From NCBI RefSeq assembly GCF_018977255.1, contig NW_024705318.1:1-54541 (forward strand): a stretch of 54,541 nt of DNA, written 5' to 3'. Of this stretch, positions 31,546 to 43,000 are shown piece after piece. The first letter of the stretch is position 1. Each line of letters begins with the position of its first letter. A program made the position numbers and the translations under genes. Under the pieces are notes generated by a model. The model searched no databases and was not told where the DNA came from. It saw nothing but the letters and a program-made list of their open reading frames with translations. Origin of the DNA: Callorhinchus milii. Taxonomy: Eukaryota.

Positions 31546-32568
31546 GGGGAGTAACAAAAGTGATCTGACCCGCCCGGGAATCAAACCCGGATCCTCTGGC
31601 TTGCGAGGCGAGGGGTCTAACCGCTGAGCTACAGGGGCTGTGGGGTGCGAGGCGAGGGGTCTAACCCCTGAGCTACAGGGGCTGTGGGGTGGGGCGAGGG
31701 GTCTAACCCCTGAGCTACAGGGGCTGTGGGGTGCGAGGCGAGGGGTCTAACCCCTGAGCTACAGGGGCTGTGGGGTGGGGGCGAGGGGTCTAACCCCTGA
31801 GCTACAGGGGCTGTGGGGTGGGGGGCGAGGGGTCTAACCCCTGAGCTACAGGGGCTGTGGGGTGCGGTGCGAGGGGAGGGGTCTAACCCCTGAGCTACAG
31901 GGGCTGTGGGGTACGAGGGGAGGGGTCTAACCCCTGAGCTACAGGGGCTGTGGGGTACGAGGGGAGGGGTCTAACCCCTGAGCTACAGGGGCTGTGGGGT
32001 GGGGGGCGAGGGGTCCAACCCCTGAGCTACAGGGGCTGTGGGGGGCGAGGGGAGGGGTCTAACCCCTGAGCTGCAGGACTCGGGCGGTGTGGGGGTGACT
32101 GTGTGACGGTTCCCACCTTCTCCAGGACAGTGAAGGTCTCCTGGTAACTGGTGATCATGTGGCGCAGGTTCCAGGCGATTCTGGCCACATCGTCCCCCTC
32201 CGGCCGGAGCAGGTCACCGGCCATGTCCACCAGGTCAATCCCTGTGGGTGCGACGGCCTTCAGTCCCGCGCGCCAACGCACACGCACCCACACGCCAACG
32301 CACACGCATCCACACACGCAAACGCACGCACACACAGACGCGCGCACAAGACAGACGCACGCACACGCAGATACACCCACACGCAAACGCGCGCACACAC
32401 ACACGCAGACGCGCGCGCACAGGCGGACGCGCGCACACGCACGCGCACACACACCCCCGCGCGGACCCCGCGCCCTCACCTGCGGTGAACACCTTCCCGG
32501 CTCCGGACACCACGATCACTCTGCAGTCGGCGTCTCGGGCCACTTGATTGAAGCACTCCACCATCTCC
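31120..32568 (-). CDS. ECH1: ECH1 (delta3,5-delta2,4-dienoyl-CoA isomerase) exons 3-5 on an inverted contig
   Basis: complement join(32480..32568 REMVECFNQVARDADCRVIVVSGAGKVFTAG; 32117..32241 IDLVDMAGDLLRPEGDDVARIAWNLRHMITSYQETFTVLEK; 31120..31168 CPKPVIVAVHGACVGG). Introns are GT-AG, and the phase-1 end joins exon 6 at 34990 on the + strand. Confidence 0.92.
31597..32075 (-). repeat. Tandem array (11 copies of about 44 bp) of the SINE 5' tRNA head
   Basis: Unit on the minus strand: CACAGCCCCTGTAGCTCAGGGGTTAGACCCCTCGCC. The last unit continues into a SINE body (B-box near 31570-31595). Confidence 0.85.
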
Positions 32569-32829
32569 CTGTGGGGATCGGCCGCACAACGCACAGTCAC
32601 TACGCCCCGCAGCGCGTTCCCGCGCAGCGCTCCGAGACGCCCGGGCGGCCCGCGCTGAGCCACCGGCCGGGATTGTCGTTTTCCGCGGGTCACGAACCGT
32701 AACAACGCACCGAGCGCCGAACGGTACGGCCACGACGACGACAACGCCGACAACTTGCCCTTATGCCGCCTTCCCTCCACGGCTCACAGCGCTCAGCAAA
32801 GGCGGGGCCCGACTCCGAGCTGCGGTGGG

Positions 32830-33507
32830 GGGGGGGGCAAGGCAGGAGGGAGAGGGGGGCAAGGCGGGAGGAGAGGGGGGGCAAGGCGGGAGGGAGAGAG
32901 GGCAAGGAGAGAGGGAGAGAGGGGGGTCAAGGCGGGAGGGAGGAGAGGGGGGCAAGGCGGGAGGGAGAGGGGGGCAAGAGAGGAGGGAGAGGGAGGGGCA
33001 AGGCGGGAGGGAGAGGGGGCAAGGAGGAGGGAGGGGGGGGGGCAAGGCGGGAGGGAGAGGGGGGCAAGGAGGGAGGGAGAGGGAGGGGCAAGGCGGGAGG
33101 GAGAGGGGGGCAAGGCGGGAGGGAGAGAGAGGGGGGCAAGGAGGGAGGGAGAGAGAGGGGGGCAAGGAGGGAAGGAGGAGAGAGGGGGGCAAGGAGGGAG
33201 GGAGAGAGAGGGGGGCAAGGAGGGAGGGAGAGAGAGGGTCAAGGCGGGAGGGAGAGAGGGGGTCAAGGCGGGAGGGAGAGGGGGGGGGAAGGCGGGAGGG
33301 AGGGAGAGGGGGCAAGGAGGGAGGGAGAGAGAGGGGGCAAGGAGGGAGGGAGAGAGAGGGGGCAAGGAGGGAGGGAGAGAGAGGGGGGGCAAGGCGGAGG
33401 GAGAGAGGGGGGCAAGGAGAGGAGGGAGAGAGAGGGGGGAAGGAGAGAGGGAGAGAGAGGGGGGGCAAGAGGGGTGAGGGGGGGGCAAGACGGAGGGAGA
33501 GAGAGGG
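32830..33507. repeat. Polypurine/polypyrimidine satellite running into a gap
   Basis: Units GGGGCAAGG(C/A)GGGAGGGAGAG of about 22-27 bp, almost entirely G/A on the + strand. Confidence 0.9.
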
Positions 33508-34449
33508 NNNNNNNNNNNNNNNNNNNNNNNNNNNNNNNNNNNNNNNNNNNNNNNNNNNNNNNNNNNNNNNNNNNNNNNNNNNNNNNNNNNNNNNNNNNNN
33601 NNNNNNNNNNNNNNNNNNNNNNNNNNNNNNNNNNNNNNNNNNNNNNNNNNNNNNNNNNNNNNNNNNNNNNNNNNNNNNNNNNNNNNNNNNNNNNNNNNNN
33701 NNNNNNNNNNNNNNNNNNNNNNNNNNNNNNNNNNNNNNNNNNNNNNNNNNNNNNNNNNNNNNNNNNNNNNNNNNNNNNNNNNNNNNNNNNNNNNNNNNNN
33801 NNNNNNNNNNNNNNNNNNNNNNNNNNNNNNNNNNNNNNNNNNNNNNNNNNNNNNNNNNNNNNNNNNNNNNNNNNNNNNNNNNNNNNNNNNNNNNNNNNNN
33901 NNNNNNNNNNNNNNNNNNNNNNNNNNNNNNNNNNNNNNNNNNNNNNNNNNNNNNNNNNNNNNNNNNNNNNNNNNNNNNNNNNNNNNNNNNNNNNNNNNNN
34001 NNNNNNNNNNNNNNNNNNNNNNNNNNNNNNNNNNNNNNNNNNNNNNNNNNNNNNNNNNNNNNNNNNNNNNNNNNNNNNNNNNNNNNNNNNNNNNNNNNNN
34101 NNNNNNNNNNNNNNNNNNNNNNNNNNNNNNNNNNNNNNNNNNNNNNNNNNNNNNNNNNNNNNNNNNNNNNNNNNNNNNNNNNNNNNNNNNNNNNNNNNNN
34201 NNNNNNNNNNNNNNNNNNNNNNNNNNNNNNNNNNNNNNNNNNNNNNNNNNNNNNNNNNNNNNNNNNNNNNNNNNNNNNNNNNNNNNNNNNNNNNNNNNNN
34301 NNNNNNNNNNNNNNNNNNNNNCACACTTGACCTCTGAGTCAGAAGGTTTGTGGCCTCCAAATGCGACGTCGGGGACTTTGAGCTCATAGTCCGGACAACG
34401 TGTTTTGTGGGTGAAACGTGGCAGTGAAGTGCCACAAACAGCAAAGCAG

Positions 34450-34945
34450 CACAGCCCCCACAGCTCAGGGGGTTAGACCCCTCCCCTCACACCCCACAGC
34501 CCCTGCAGCTCAGGGGTTAGACCCCTCGCCCCCCCCCCACAGCCCCTGTAGCTCAGGGGTTAGACCCCTCGCCCCCCACCCCACAGCCCCTGTAGCTCAG
34601 GGGTTAGACCCCTCGCCTCGCACCCCACAGCCCCTGTAGCTCAGGGGTTAGACCCCTCGCCTCGCAAGCGAGAGGACCCGGGTTCGATTCACGGGCGGGT
34701 CAGGTCAGGGGGGAACTTTGGGCAAGTTTCCTTACTCCCCCCACACACCCACACACCCCACACGCACACACACCCACACACAGACACACACACACACGCC
34801 TGATAATAATCCCTCAAGAAAAAGAAACGCAGTCACCAGACTACGCAGTGTATCCCGCGAAGGGCTTTGAGACGCCTCGAGGACGTGACCAGGCGCTGCA
34901 TCGAATGCGAAGATGATTTATTATTATTATTAATATTATTATTAA
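34450..34945 (+). mobile_element. SINE with five tandem copies of its 44-bp head
   Basis: Five copies of (T)AGCTCAGGGGTTAGACCCCTC, then GCAAGCGAGAGGACCCGGGTTCGATTC, the GGGCAAGTTTCCTTACTCC core and a (TTA)n tail. Confidence 0.85.
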
Positions 34946-34989
34946 TATCAGTACCATTAAGTGCCTGAATTTTCCGTGCGGTTCTGCAG

Positions 34990-37244
34990 GGATAGACATG
35001 ATCACCGCCTGTGACATCCGCTTGTGCTCGCAGGACGCGTGGTTCCAGGTCAAGGTCAGTCGGCGTTCCCTTCCGGGCGACGTCTTCCTCGAGGCCATCG
35101 CTGTCCCAGGCTCTGCTCCTCACCTCCCGGCGTCTCTCCGCACCATCGCCCCGGCCCTCGCCGGCCTCCACTGGCTCCCCGTCACCGAGCGGATCGATCT
35201 CGAGACCCTCTCGGTGGTCCACAAAGCCCTCCGTCCCCCGGCACCTCCCTCCCTACCTCCCTCGCCGCTCACACGCTCCCTCTCTATCCCTCTCTCCCCC
35301 CCTCGCCCCCTTCCTGCCCCATCTTCAGGTCCCGCCTGAAGACCTTCCTCTTCGGCCGGCACCTACGGTCACCTTCTCCCTCTCCCCCATCCCCCCCGTC
35401 TCGGCCCCGCGATCCGCAACAGTCAAGTGCTCTTGGTGGTGGGGTGGGGGGGGGTGAGATCCTGGAGGGCGAAAAGGGGTCATTAACGTTCCCCCCCGTT
35501 CCTCACCTACCAGGAAGTGGACGTCGGTCTGGCAGCTGATGTGGGGACTTTGCAACGTTTGCCGAAAGTCTTGGGAAACGCCAGGTAAGTTCCGGGTAAC
35601 GCTCCCGGGTAACCTCCCCCCCCCCCCGGCCACCCCCCGCCCTCATCCCCCCCAAACGTCAAGGACTCTGAGCTCACAGCCCGGAGACGCAAGTCCTTCG
35701 GAAGAGACGTTAAACCTGACTGACTCGCTCCCCCCCCCCCCCCACCGTCTGTGCCCCGTTCAGGCGGACTTGAAAGATCTCGGGGGGCTGTCGGGGGGGG
35801 CGAGGGGAGGGGGTGAAGAAGAGGGGGTGATCGAAAGCACGGTCGGAGAGGGAGGGTCTTGGGCTCACACAGCGGGTTTCACTGGGGGTGTCTTGCAGGG
35901 ATTATTATTATTATTATTATTATTATTTTCTCGTTTGCTGAGCAAACCCCCAGAGGGGCTAACATGGCTCTCTGTCTCCCCCCCCACCCCCGTCCGTCCG
36001 TGCCCCCCTGTTCTCCGTAGCCTGGTGTGTGAGCTGGCTTACACAGCGAGGAAGATGATGTCAGACGAGGCTTTGAGCTGCGGGTTGGTGAGGTAAAGGG
36101 GTCTCAACAACAAGCCGGGGGGGGGGAGGGGGAGGTGGGGGGGTGGGAGGGTGAGCGAAGGCGCTGTCGGTCGAAGAGGAGGTTCTTGAGATGGGCCTTG
36201 AAGGAGGCGAGGGAGGGGGGTGGTGGGGGGTGGTGGTGGGGAGCGAGACCGGGCGACTTTGGGGTGGAGTTCCAGAGGGTGGGATTGGGGAGGTGGGGGG
36301 TTCAATGGAATCCTACAGCGAAGTGCGGGATAAGGGGAGGAGTAGGAGAGACGATTGCTGGAGTGTTTGACTATCTCCCCTCTCCGTGCCGCCATCCCGA
36401 CCCACCCCCCCCCCCCCACCCCACCCCTCCCCCTCGTTCCTTGTCCACAGCCGGATTTTCCAGGACAAGGAGTCACTCCTGGACGGAGCCTTCGAAATGG
36501 CCTCCGAAATTGCCAGTAAGAGTCCGGTGGCCGTGCAGGGAACGAAACACAACCTGATCTACTCCAGGGATCACTCGGTGAGGGAAGGTCTGGACTACAT
36601 GGTGAGTGGGGCTCAGGAGGCAGGGAGACAACAACAACAACAACAACAACCACTTGCACAGGTGCCCCCACCCGTAGGGTAGGGTCTCGGAGCCTAGGGG
36701 AAGGAAGGAGGGGGGGGGGGGGGTGACCGTAGGCACACGGTGGAAGAGGAGGGTCTTCAGGCGCGACCTGAAGATGGGAAGGAAGGAGAGGGAGGGATAG
36801 AGGGAGGGAGAGAGTGACAGAGTTTCCAGGAGTAGAGGCCACTGATAGTTAGTGGGGTGGGGGGGGGCGCTGGAAGGGGAGGAGAGAGTGTCTCAAAACC
36901 ACTGTGTTACAATGGGGGGTGGGGGGGATTGGCCTGAGTCGGGGGGAGTCGGGGGGGCTCGGCTGACCCGGGCCATTGACTTCCTATTTCCTGCTCCAGA
37001 CCCACCCATTGACCATCGCTTCCAGTTTCTTGACCGAGACTCCCGTTGACTTCCTGTTTCCCGACCCCCCACCCCCTACCCCGACCCGACCGACCCCGAC
37101 CCCCCCTTTGACGTTCTGTTTCCCCCCCCCCCCCCCCAGGCCACCTGGAACATGGCGATGTTGCAGACGGAGGACGTGGTGAAATCGGCTCAGGCGTCCA
37201 TGGAGAAGAAGCTCCCCAAAGACGTGCCTTTTTCCAAACTGTGA
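34990..37244 (+). CDS. ECH1: ECH1 exons 6-10, ending in a peroxisomal PTS1 (SKL)
   Basis: join(34990..35054 GIDMITACDIRLCSQDAWFQVK; 35514..35584 EVDVGLAADVGTLQRLPKVLGNA; 36021..36092 SLVCELAYTARKMMSDEALSCGLV; 36451..36601 SRIFQDKESLLDGAFEMASEIASKSPVAVQGTKHNLIYSRDHSVREGLDYM; 37140..37244 ATWNMAMLQTEDVVKSAQASMEKKLPKDVPFSKL*). Crotonase-fold ECH1 motif KEVDVGLAADVGTLQRLPK. Confidence 0.95.
35130..35370 (+). mobile_element. L2-type LINE fragment
   Basis: IAPALAGLHWLPVTERIDLETLSVVHKAL and FRSRLKTFLF motifs. Confidence 0.75.
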
Positions 37245-38692
37245 CGGCTCAGCTCCCAACCCTTCACCCTCTCCCCCCCCCCACCCCCACTTCCCCCCAC
37301 AACCCCCCCCCCCACCCCCCAACAGCGCCATCCGATCCACATTGATTATGATCGACATCTCATCTTGCCACAGATACAGGTTCTGCCATCTACGAGGTGG
37401 TTCCGTTCAATGTAACTGTTCATTCCCCCCCACCACCCCCCACCACCCACGCACCCCCACCCCCACCCGTGTGTGTGTGTCTGGGGAGTAAGGGAGCTTT
37501 CACCTTGACCGGTCCCTCCTGGGGATCGAACCTGGGTCCTCGAGCGCTCTAACCAACCGATGCGCTACCAGATTGGGGCGGGGGTGGCGGAGGAGGGGGT
37601 AAGGGAATAATTGGGTGGGATGAAGGGGATGACAGGGGTTCTCTTCGGTCACCCTCCTACCCCCGCCCTCCGCCCCCCCCCGCCCCCCCGATCCCAACCC
37701 CCAGCTCGGGTCCACACCCCCCAGACCGTCCAGCAAACGTGGGACGTCACCGTGTAAAGGTCACGTTGTTGTTGGCTCGAGCGCTGTCGATGACCACCCG
37801 TCGGATGAGACCTTAAACCCAGCCTCACCCCCCACCCCCCCCCCCCACCCCACACCCCCCTCCTCCCCCACCAGTCCCTGACCCTCCCCCCCCCCCCCCC
37901 CCCCGTCCCCACACCACGGGACCCTCCAGTGCCTTTTTGAACCCATTGATCCACTCGGTAAAGTTTGTTCCCCTTTGCGATGTACCGCGGCTCCCAAGAC
38001 ACGCGTGTTTACTGACGCACACGCACAGGCTCGATCGGTCACACGTGCGGACGGACAGACAGACAGACAGAGAGAGAGAGAGAGAGAGAGATTGATCCCT
38101 AATGGTCGCAATATCGGCGATCGATCGCTTTGTCGTGTCGTTGAGGCGTCTCACAGCGCTTCGCGGGACAGACCGTAAAGTGACTGTGTCTTTGGTGGGC
38201 GACCGCGACGCACGGCGACGTCCCCGCGCAAACAGCCGCGGAGGGAGCGAGCGGTTTGTCCGTGTGGGGGTGGGGTGGGGTGGGGGGGGTTGTCAGAGCG
38301 GAAAAGATTCTCTTCCGAGGGAGATCTTTAACAGAGATCTTTAACGCCGGAGCGTAACAGCTGTTTAGTAGGAATAACCGGAATAATAAATAATCGTTTC
38401 TAAAATGGGGGTTTAACCCCCAGCGTTCGCAGCGAGTAGGCGAAGTGACTGTGCCGAGGCTTTCCCTGGCTGGCCCCCCGAATTCACGCCGCCAGGAGGG
38501 ACGTGCGCCACGTTATCGCCAATAAAGATCATTTTTATGCCCAGGACTCGGCTTCCGGTTTCCTTCGACCCCCTCCGAAGCCCCCGCCCCGCGCGGGGTG
38601 GCGCCGCGGTTGACAACGACAACGACACAGCGTCTCATCGGGTCGTCGAGACGTCTCAAAGCGCTTCTCGGCCTTCGCCGGGAGACGAAGTG

Positions 38693-38728
<36 letters not shown>

Positions 38729-39109
38729 CAGACGCGGCGTTTCCCCACAAACGGCCCTCGTTGGTCAGGACGGAGACAGAGACACCGGCATCCGATACAG
38801 CGCCTTATCGCGCCTTCGAGGCGTCCCGAAGCGCTTCGCGGGACACGCTGTCAGGCGTAGTGACTGTGCTTTGCGGGCGCCATCTCCCGCGCCCGCTCGG
38901 ACGGGCGAGGGCCGGGGAGCTCGGTTCAGCGGGTGATTCACACCAAACGGAGCGCGTGACGATCGTGATCAGAAATTCCATTGTGTGATCAATAATTTTA
39001 TTGATCACCGATTGGGAATCGACTCGACTCGGGATCGCCACCTGTCGGTCGCGTTGAGCCGTTGCACCGCCTCTGTCCTGACCTGTCGATCTCTTCCCCC
39101 CTCGGCCAC

Positions 39110-39545
39110 GCCCACTGATTGACACCCGCTCGGACCAATCACGAGCGGAGGCCGCGAACCGGATTGGAGGAGAAGCAGTGACGCCCCGCCTCCACTTTTC
39201 CAACGCCAATGAAACGGTGCCCGCGATTGGACGGAGCGGGCGGGAGGGGGCGGGGAGAGCCGTGAGGAGCCACCAATGGGAGAAGCCGGCACGGACGACC
39301 GGCGGCTGGACGAAGCGAGGCCGGGCGGGAGGCAGCGCCCGATTGGTCAACGGAGGGGGGGGTGGGGGCGGGGCGGGACCGACCAATCGGAGGCGCCGAG
39401 ACGAAGCGGGGGTTCGGGCCGGGCGGCGGCGGTTGGGAAAGGGCGGGAAGGGGAAGCGCGCGCGCGCGAGTGAGAGAGAGAGAGAGAGAGGAGATGAGGG
39501 GACGACGACGACGACGGCGACGACGCGGCGGCCATTTTGAAGCGA
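39110..39545. promoter_or_regulatory. HNRNPUL1 CpG-island promoter with CCAAT boxes in both orientations, GC boxes and a YY1-type motif
   Basis: Several CCAAT and ATTGG motifs between 39135 and 39390, GGGGCGGGG boxes, and GGCGGCCATTTT near 39527-39538. Confidence 0.7.
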
Positions 39546-39852
39546 GCGGAGGAGGGAGGAAGCCTTCGGGGGGAGGCCGCGGAGCCGTTTGAACGGGCGG
39601 CGGAGGGGGCGGCGGAGGCGGCGGGGGGTGTGTGTGTGTGTGTGTGCGCGCGTGAGGAGGAGACCGAGAGAGAGAGAGAGAAAGAGAGAGAGAAAAAAAA
39701 GAGGGGGTTTCTGAGGAGAAAAAGAGTCGAGAGAGAGAGAGAGAGAGAGAGGGCGGGAAAGGCCGACCCGGCGCCGCTCGGTCCTGTCAGTCGGTCGGTC
39801 GGTCGGTGGGTCACACACACACCCGTCTTGAACACACCCGGGGTTCGGGGCC

Positions 39853-40008
39853 ATGAGTTCGCCGCCGGACGTGCGGCGGCTGAAGGTGAACGAGCTGAAG
39901 GAGGAGCTGCAGCGCCGGGGCCTCGACACCAAGGGCCTGAAGGCCGACCTGCAGGAGCGGCTGCGGGCAGCGCTGGAGGCCGAGCAGCGGGAGGGCGCCG
40001 GAGAGGGA
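39853..40008 (+). CDS. HNRNPUL1: HNRNPUL1 exon 1, 5' part (SAP domain), cut at an inversion junction
   Basis: [44 protein letters not shown] is the SAP motif of the hnRNP U/UL1 N-terminus. The sequence after about 40008 is the reverse complement of a SPRY exon. Confidence 0.9.
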
Positions 40009-43000
40009 AGGAGCAGCACGCTCCTCTTGGTCCTGAAGGCGACCCCCAGCCACTTGCCGTTCTTCGAGAAAGACATTTCCACCTCCTCGCCCGCCTCGAA
40101 GTCCTGCAGAAATCAAGCGTGCGTTCACTCCCGGCTGCCCAGTCATCTCCAACTGGTTAAGTTTCTTCAAACAGATAATAATAGCAATCCTCGCATTTGA
40201 CCCGGCGCCCGACTGCGTCGCTGAGACGCCTCAAAGCGCTCCACAGGATATGCTGTGAGGTGAACTGACTGGATATTTTGCGGGCGAAACGCGGCAGCCA
40301 ATTGCGCACGGCGGCGTCCCACGCACAGCTGTGGATCGAGCGACCAAATTATTATTTTTTTTTAATTAAAAAGGGATTATCATCCCCGGAAGAGCGATCT
40401 TCCGACCGACTAACAGAGGCGTGTGGAGTAAGGACGTTTCGCCCCGGCGGCACTCGAACCTGGGTCCGCTCGCTTGCGAGGCGAGTGTGACAACCGCTGA
40501 GCTACACGACTCCACCAAGTGAGCCAGGCTGACAATCGCGGGCATGAGGAAAGAGCGGGGGGAGGGGGGGTAAGGGTCTGTGAAGTACTCTGATCCGTGG
40601 GTAGATGACTTGGAGCAGAGAACCGACGGGTTGGGAGTAAAATAATCCCCGTTACTGGGAAGAGTGGAAGCCAAATGCACGTGATTTGTGTTCGATGCTT
40701 ACGTGGCTTCACGAGGCGCTAAATTTTTTTATTTTTTTTACTCGTCGACACTTACGATGTAGCATCCGAGGATGTCGTTCTCAGCAAACCGCTCTCCGTA
40801 ATTTTCAAACCTGCAGTTGGTTGACTTCTTGGCTGTTCCTCCGTAACCAAACGAGAACTCCTCTTCCCCTGGAGATGCACAGAGCCATTTTGCTGTGAGA
40901 TCATTCTTATAATAACAACAATAATAACCTTCGCCTTTAGATACAGCGCATTATCACGGGTTCGAGACGTCCCGGTGCGCGTCACAGGATACACTGCAAA
41001 GTGAATTGACTGGATATTTTGTGGACGAAACGCGACAGCAGCGTCTCACAAACAGTCGGGGATGGAGCGACCGAATTATTATCATTATTATTATTTTTGG
41101 GAGGAGTTATTACCCTCAGGGATCCACCAATCGACTAACAACCGGGTTCCTACTTACTGCAAAGCTAAACAGAGGCGTGTGTGCAGTATGTGATTTGAAC
41201 CCACGTCCTCTCGCTTGCGAGGAGAGTGATCTAACTATTGAGCTACAGGACTCCGCAGTCCTGTCCTGAACTTCTGTATCTGATTCAGTGTCATGACCAT
41301 GTCGTCGAGGCGTTTAAAGCACCCGACAGGATATACCGTCAAGTGGGGGCAATTGTATTTTGGGGGCAAAATCTGCGGACAAAATCTCTGCAACACTGTT
41401 AGAAACAACCTATGAATCTCTCACGGCCACGTGGTCTCTCTATCGGCCGGCGCTAGAATCGATTTGACCAACGACCGGATGAACGCCGACTGGAGTCAGG
41501 GCGCGGGGTAACCAAATGCTCTTACCTAACTGAGTGTTACAGGAGTCGAGCGACCAGCCGACACGGACCACATGCGGGTCGGGTTCCGTTACCGGGAGGT
41601 GTTTGACGGCCATCTCTTCGTTAATCTGCGCGGAACAAAGTCAAAGTGCGGTGAACTGACAAATCAGCGCTCCGAAGGAAAAGGGCTCAGGGACGAGTTA
41701 TCAGGAGGGGCGAGTTACTAGGAGGGGCGAGTTAGACGCCTGTGTAAATAGGCAAACCATACGCGGCCAGGATATCGACAGCGTGGCTTCTTAAGTGGAT
41801 GTGACAAGTTAAGCCGGGACCATAGAATCAATTAGTACAGCATAGAAGGAGGCCATTCGGCCCATCGTGCCTGTGCTGGCTCTTTGGAGAAGCTGTCCAC
41901 TCAGGCCCACTACCCCGCTCTTTCCACGCACCCTCGCACATTTCTAGTCTTCAAACATCTATCTAATTCCCTTCTGCAAGTGGCTATTGAATCTGCTTCC
42001 ACCACCCGTTCAGGCAGCGCATTCCAGACCGGGTAATCTCCAGAGGAGTTGAGCGTGGTTCCTTCCTCCCAAGACGAGCAACTATTAGCTGAGGTTCGTA
42101 ACGGGAGAGAGGGGGGGAAAAAAAATCCAACGGCAAACCCATCCACAGATAATAGAACCACGACAGTACGAACGTTAAGTCACCGTTAACATTTACCATA
42201 AGCACACGGGCTTCGGAAAGAGACAAAACATCCGTTAAGTTAAAGAAACGCGCCATAAAGCAGCCCTCAGTAGAAGCAGATGCGTTTGGGACGAAGCGAG
42301 GGGAGGGAAGAGGAAATTAAAATGAAGTACCTTAACTTCGAAGCAAACTTTTCCCTTGTTGACCCCGTACGTTGTCCGTGCTCCTGACCACAGATAAGCA
42401 AACCCTTCAATGGTCAAGGGGTAGCCACTGAAACGGTCTCGAGCCACCTTAAAGTGCAGGTCGCAGTTATCTAGGACGGAAAGCAGGAAATTATTTAAGA
42501 GTCATTCAACCATTCCCGTTCTCTGGAACTCCATCCCAGATTCCCTCCCGTATCTGGAGGACACTGGGAGGAACGACCTTTTCTTGCTAACAGCGTTGCG
42601 GGTCGTTAAGTGAATTGCCTTCCGCCAGCACGGCGACATCCTCTAGTACCTCGCTAGAGTGTCGGCCTGGACTCTGAGCTCAAGGTGTTTGAGCCCACAA
42701 CCTTCCGGCGTAGAGGCGAGAGCATTAGCAGCTGAGCCGGGCTGACCCCTAAATTGGTGACACGCTAAATTAAAGCAGCTCGGATTAGAGCGAGGAGTTG
42801 ACGATGATCGTCTGTCCGCTTAACTTACAAGTGTCAATAGCCACAGTCGTCTCATCGAAGTCCTCTTCGTCATCCTCCGCCGGTGGCTGGGGAGACTTCG
42901 CTCTACCGGAAAAGAACAAGCAATTGTCAGGTACAATTCTTCTGCCTCTACCCTGCGGTTACAATGGCAGTAACACCAATTGAGAGAGCCAATTAATAAT

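Noticed and set aside
31597-32075. CRISPR-like repeat array
   Set aside because: No unique spacers or cas genes, eukaryotic context, and the unit derives from the SINE head.
32755-34444. ORFs of 230-520 aa
   Set aside because: Purine satellite plus an N-gap.
38805-40082. 425-aa minus-strand ORF
   Set aside because: Only the first 25 or so codons are real SPRY exon. The rest is antisense read-through of the CpG island across the junction.
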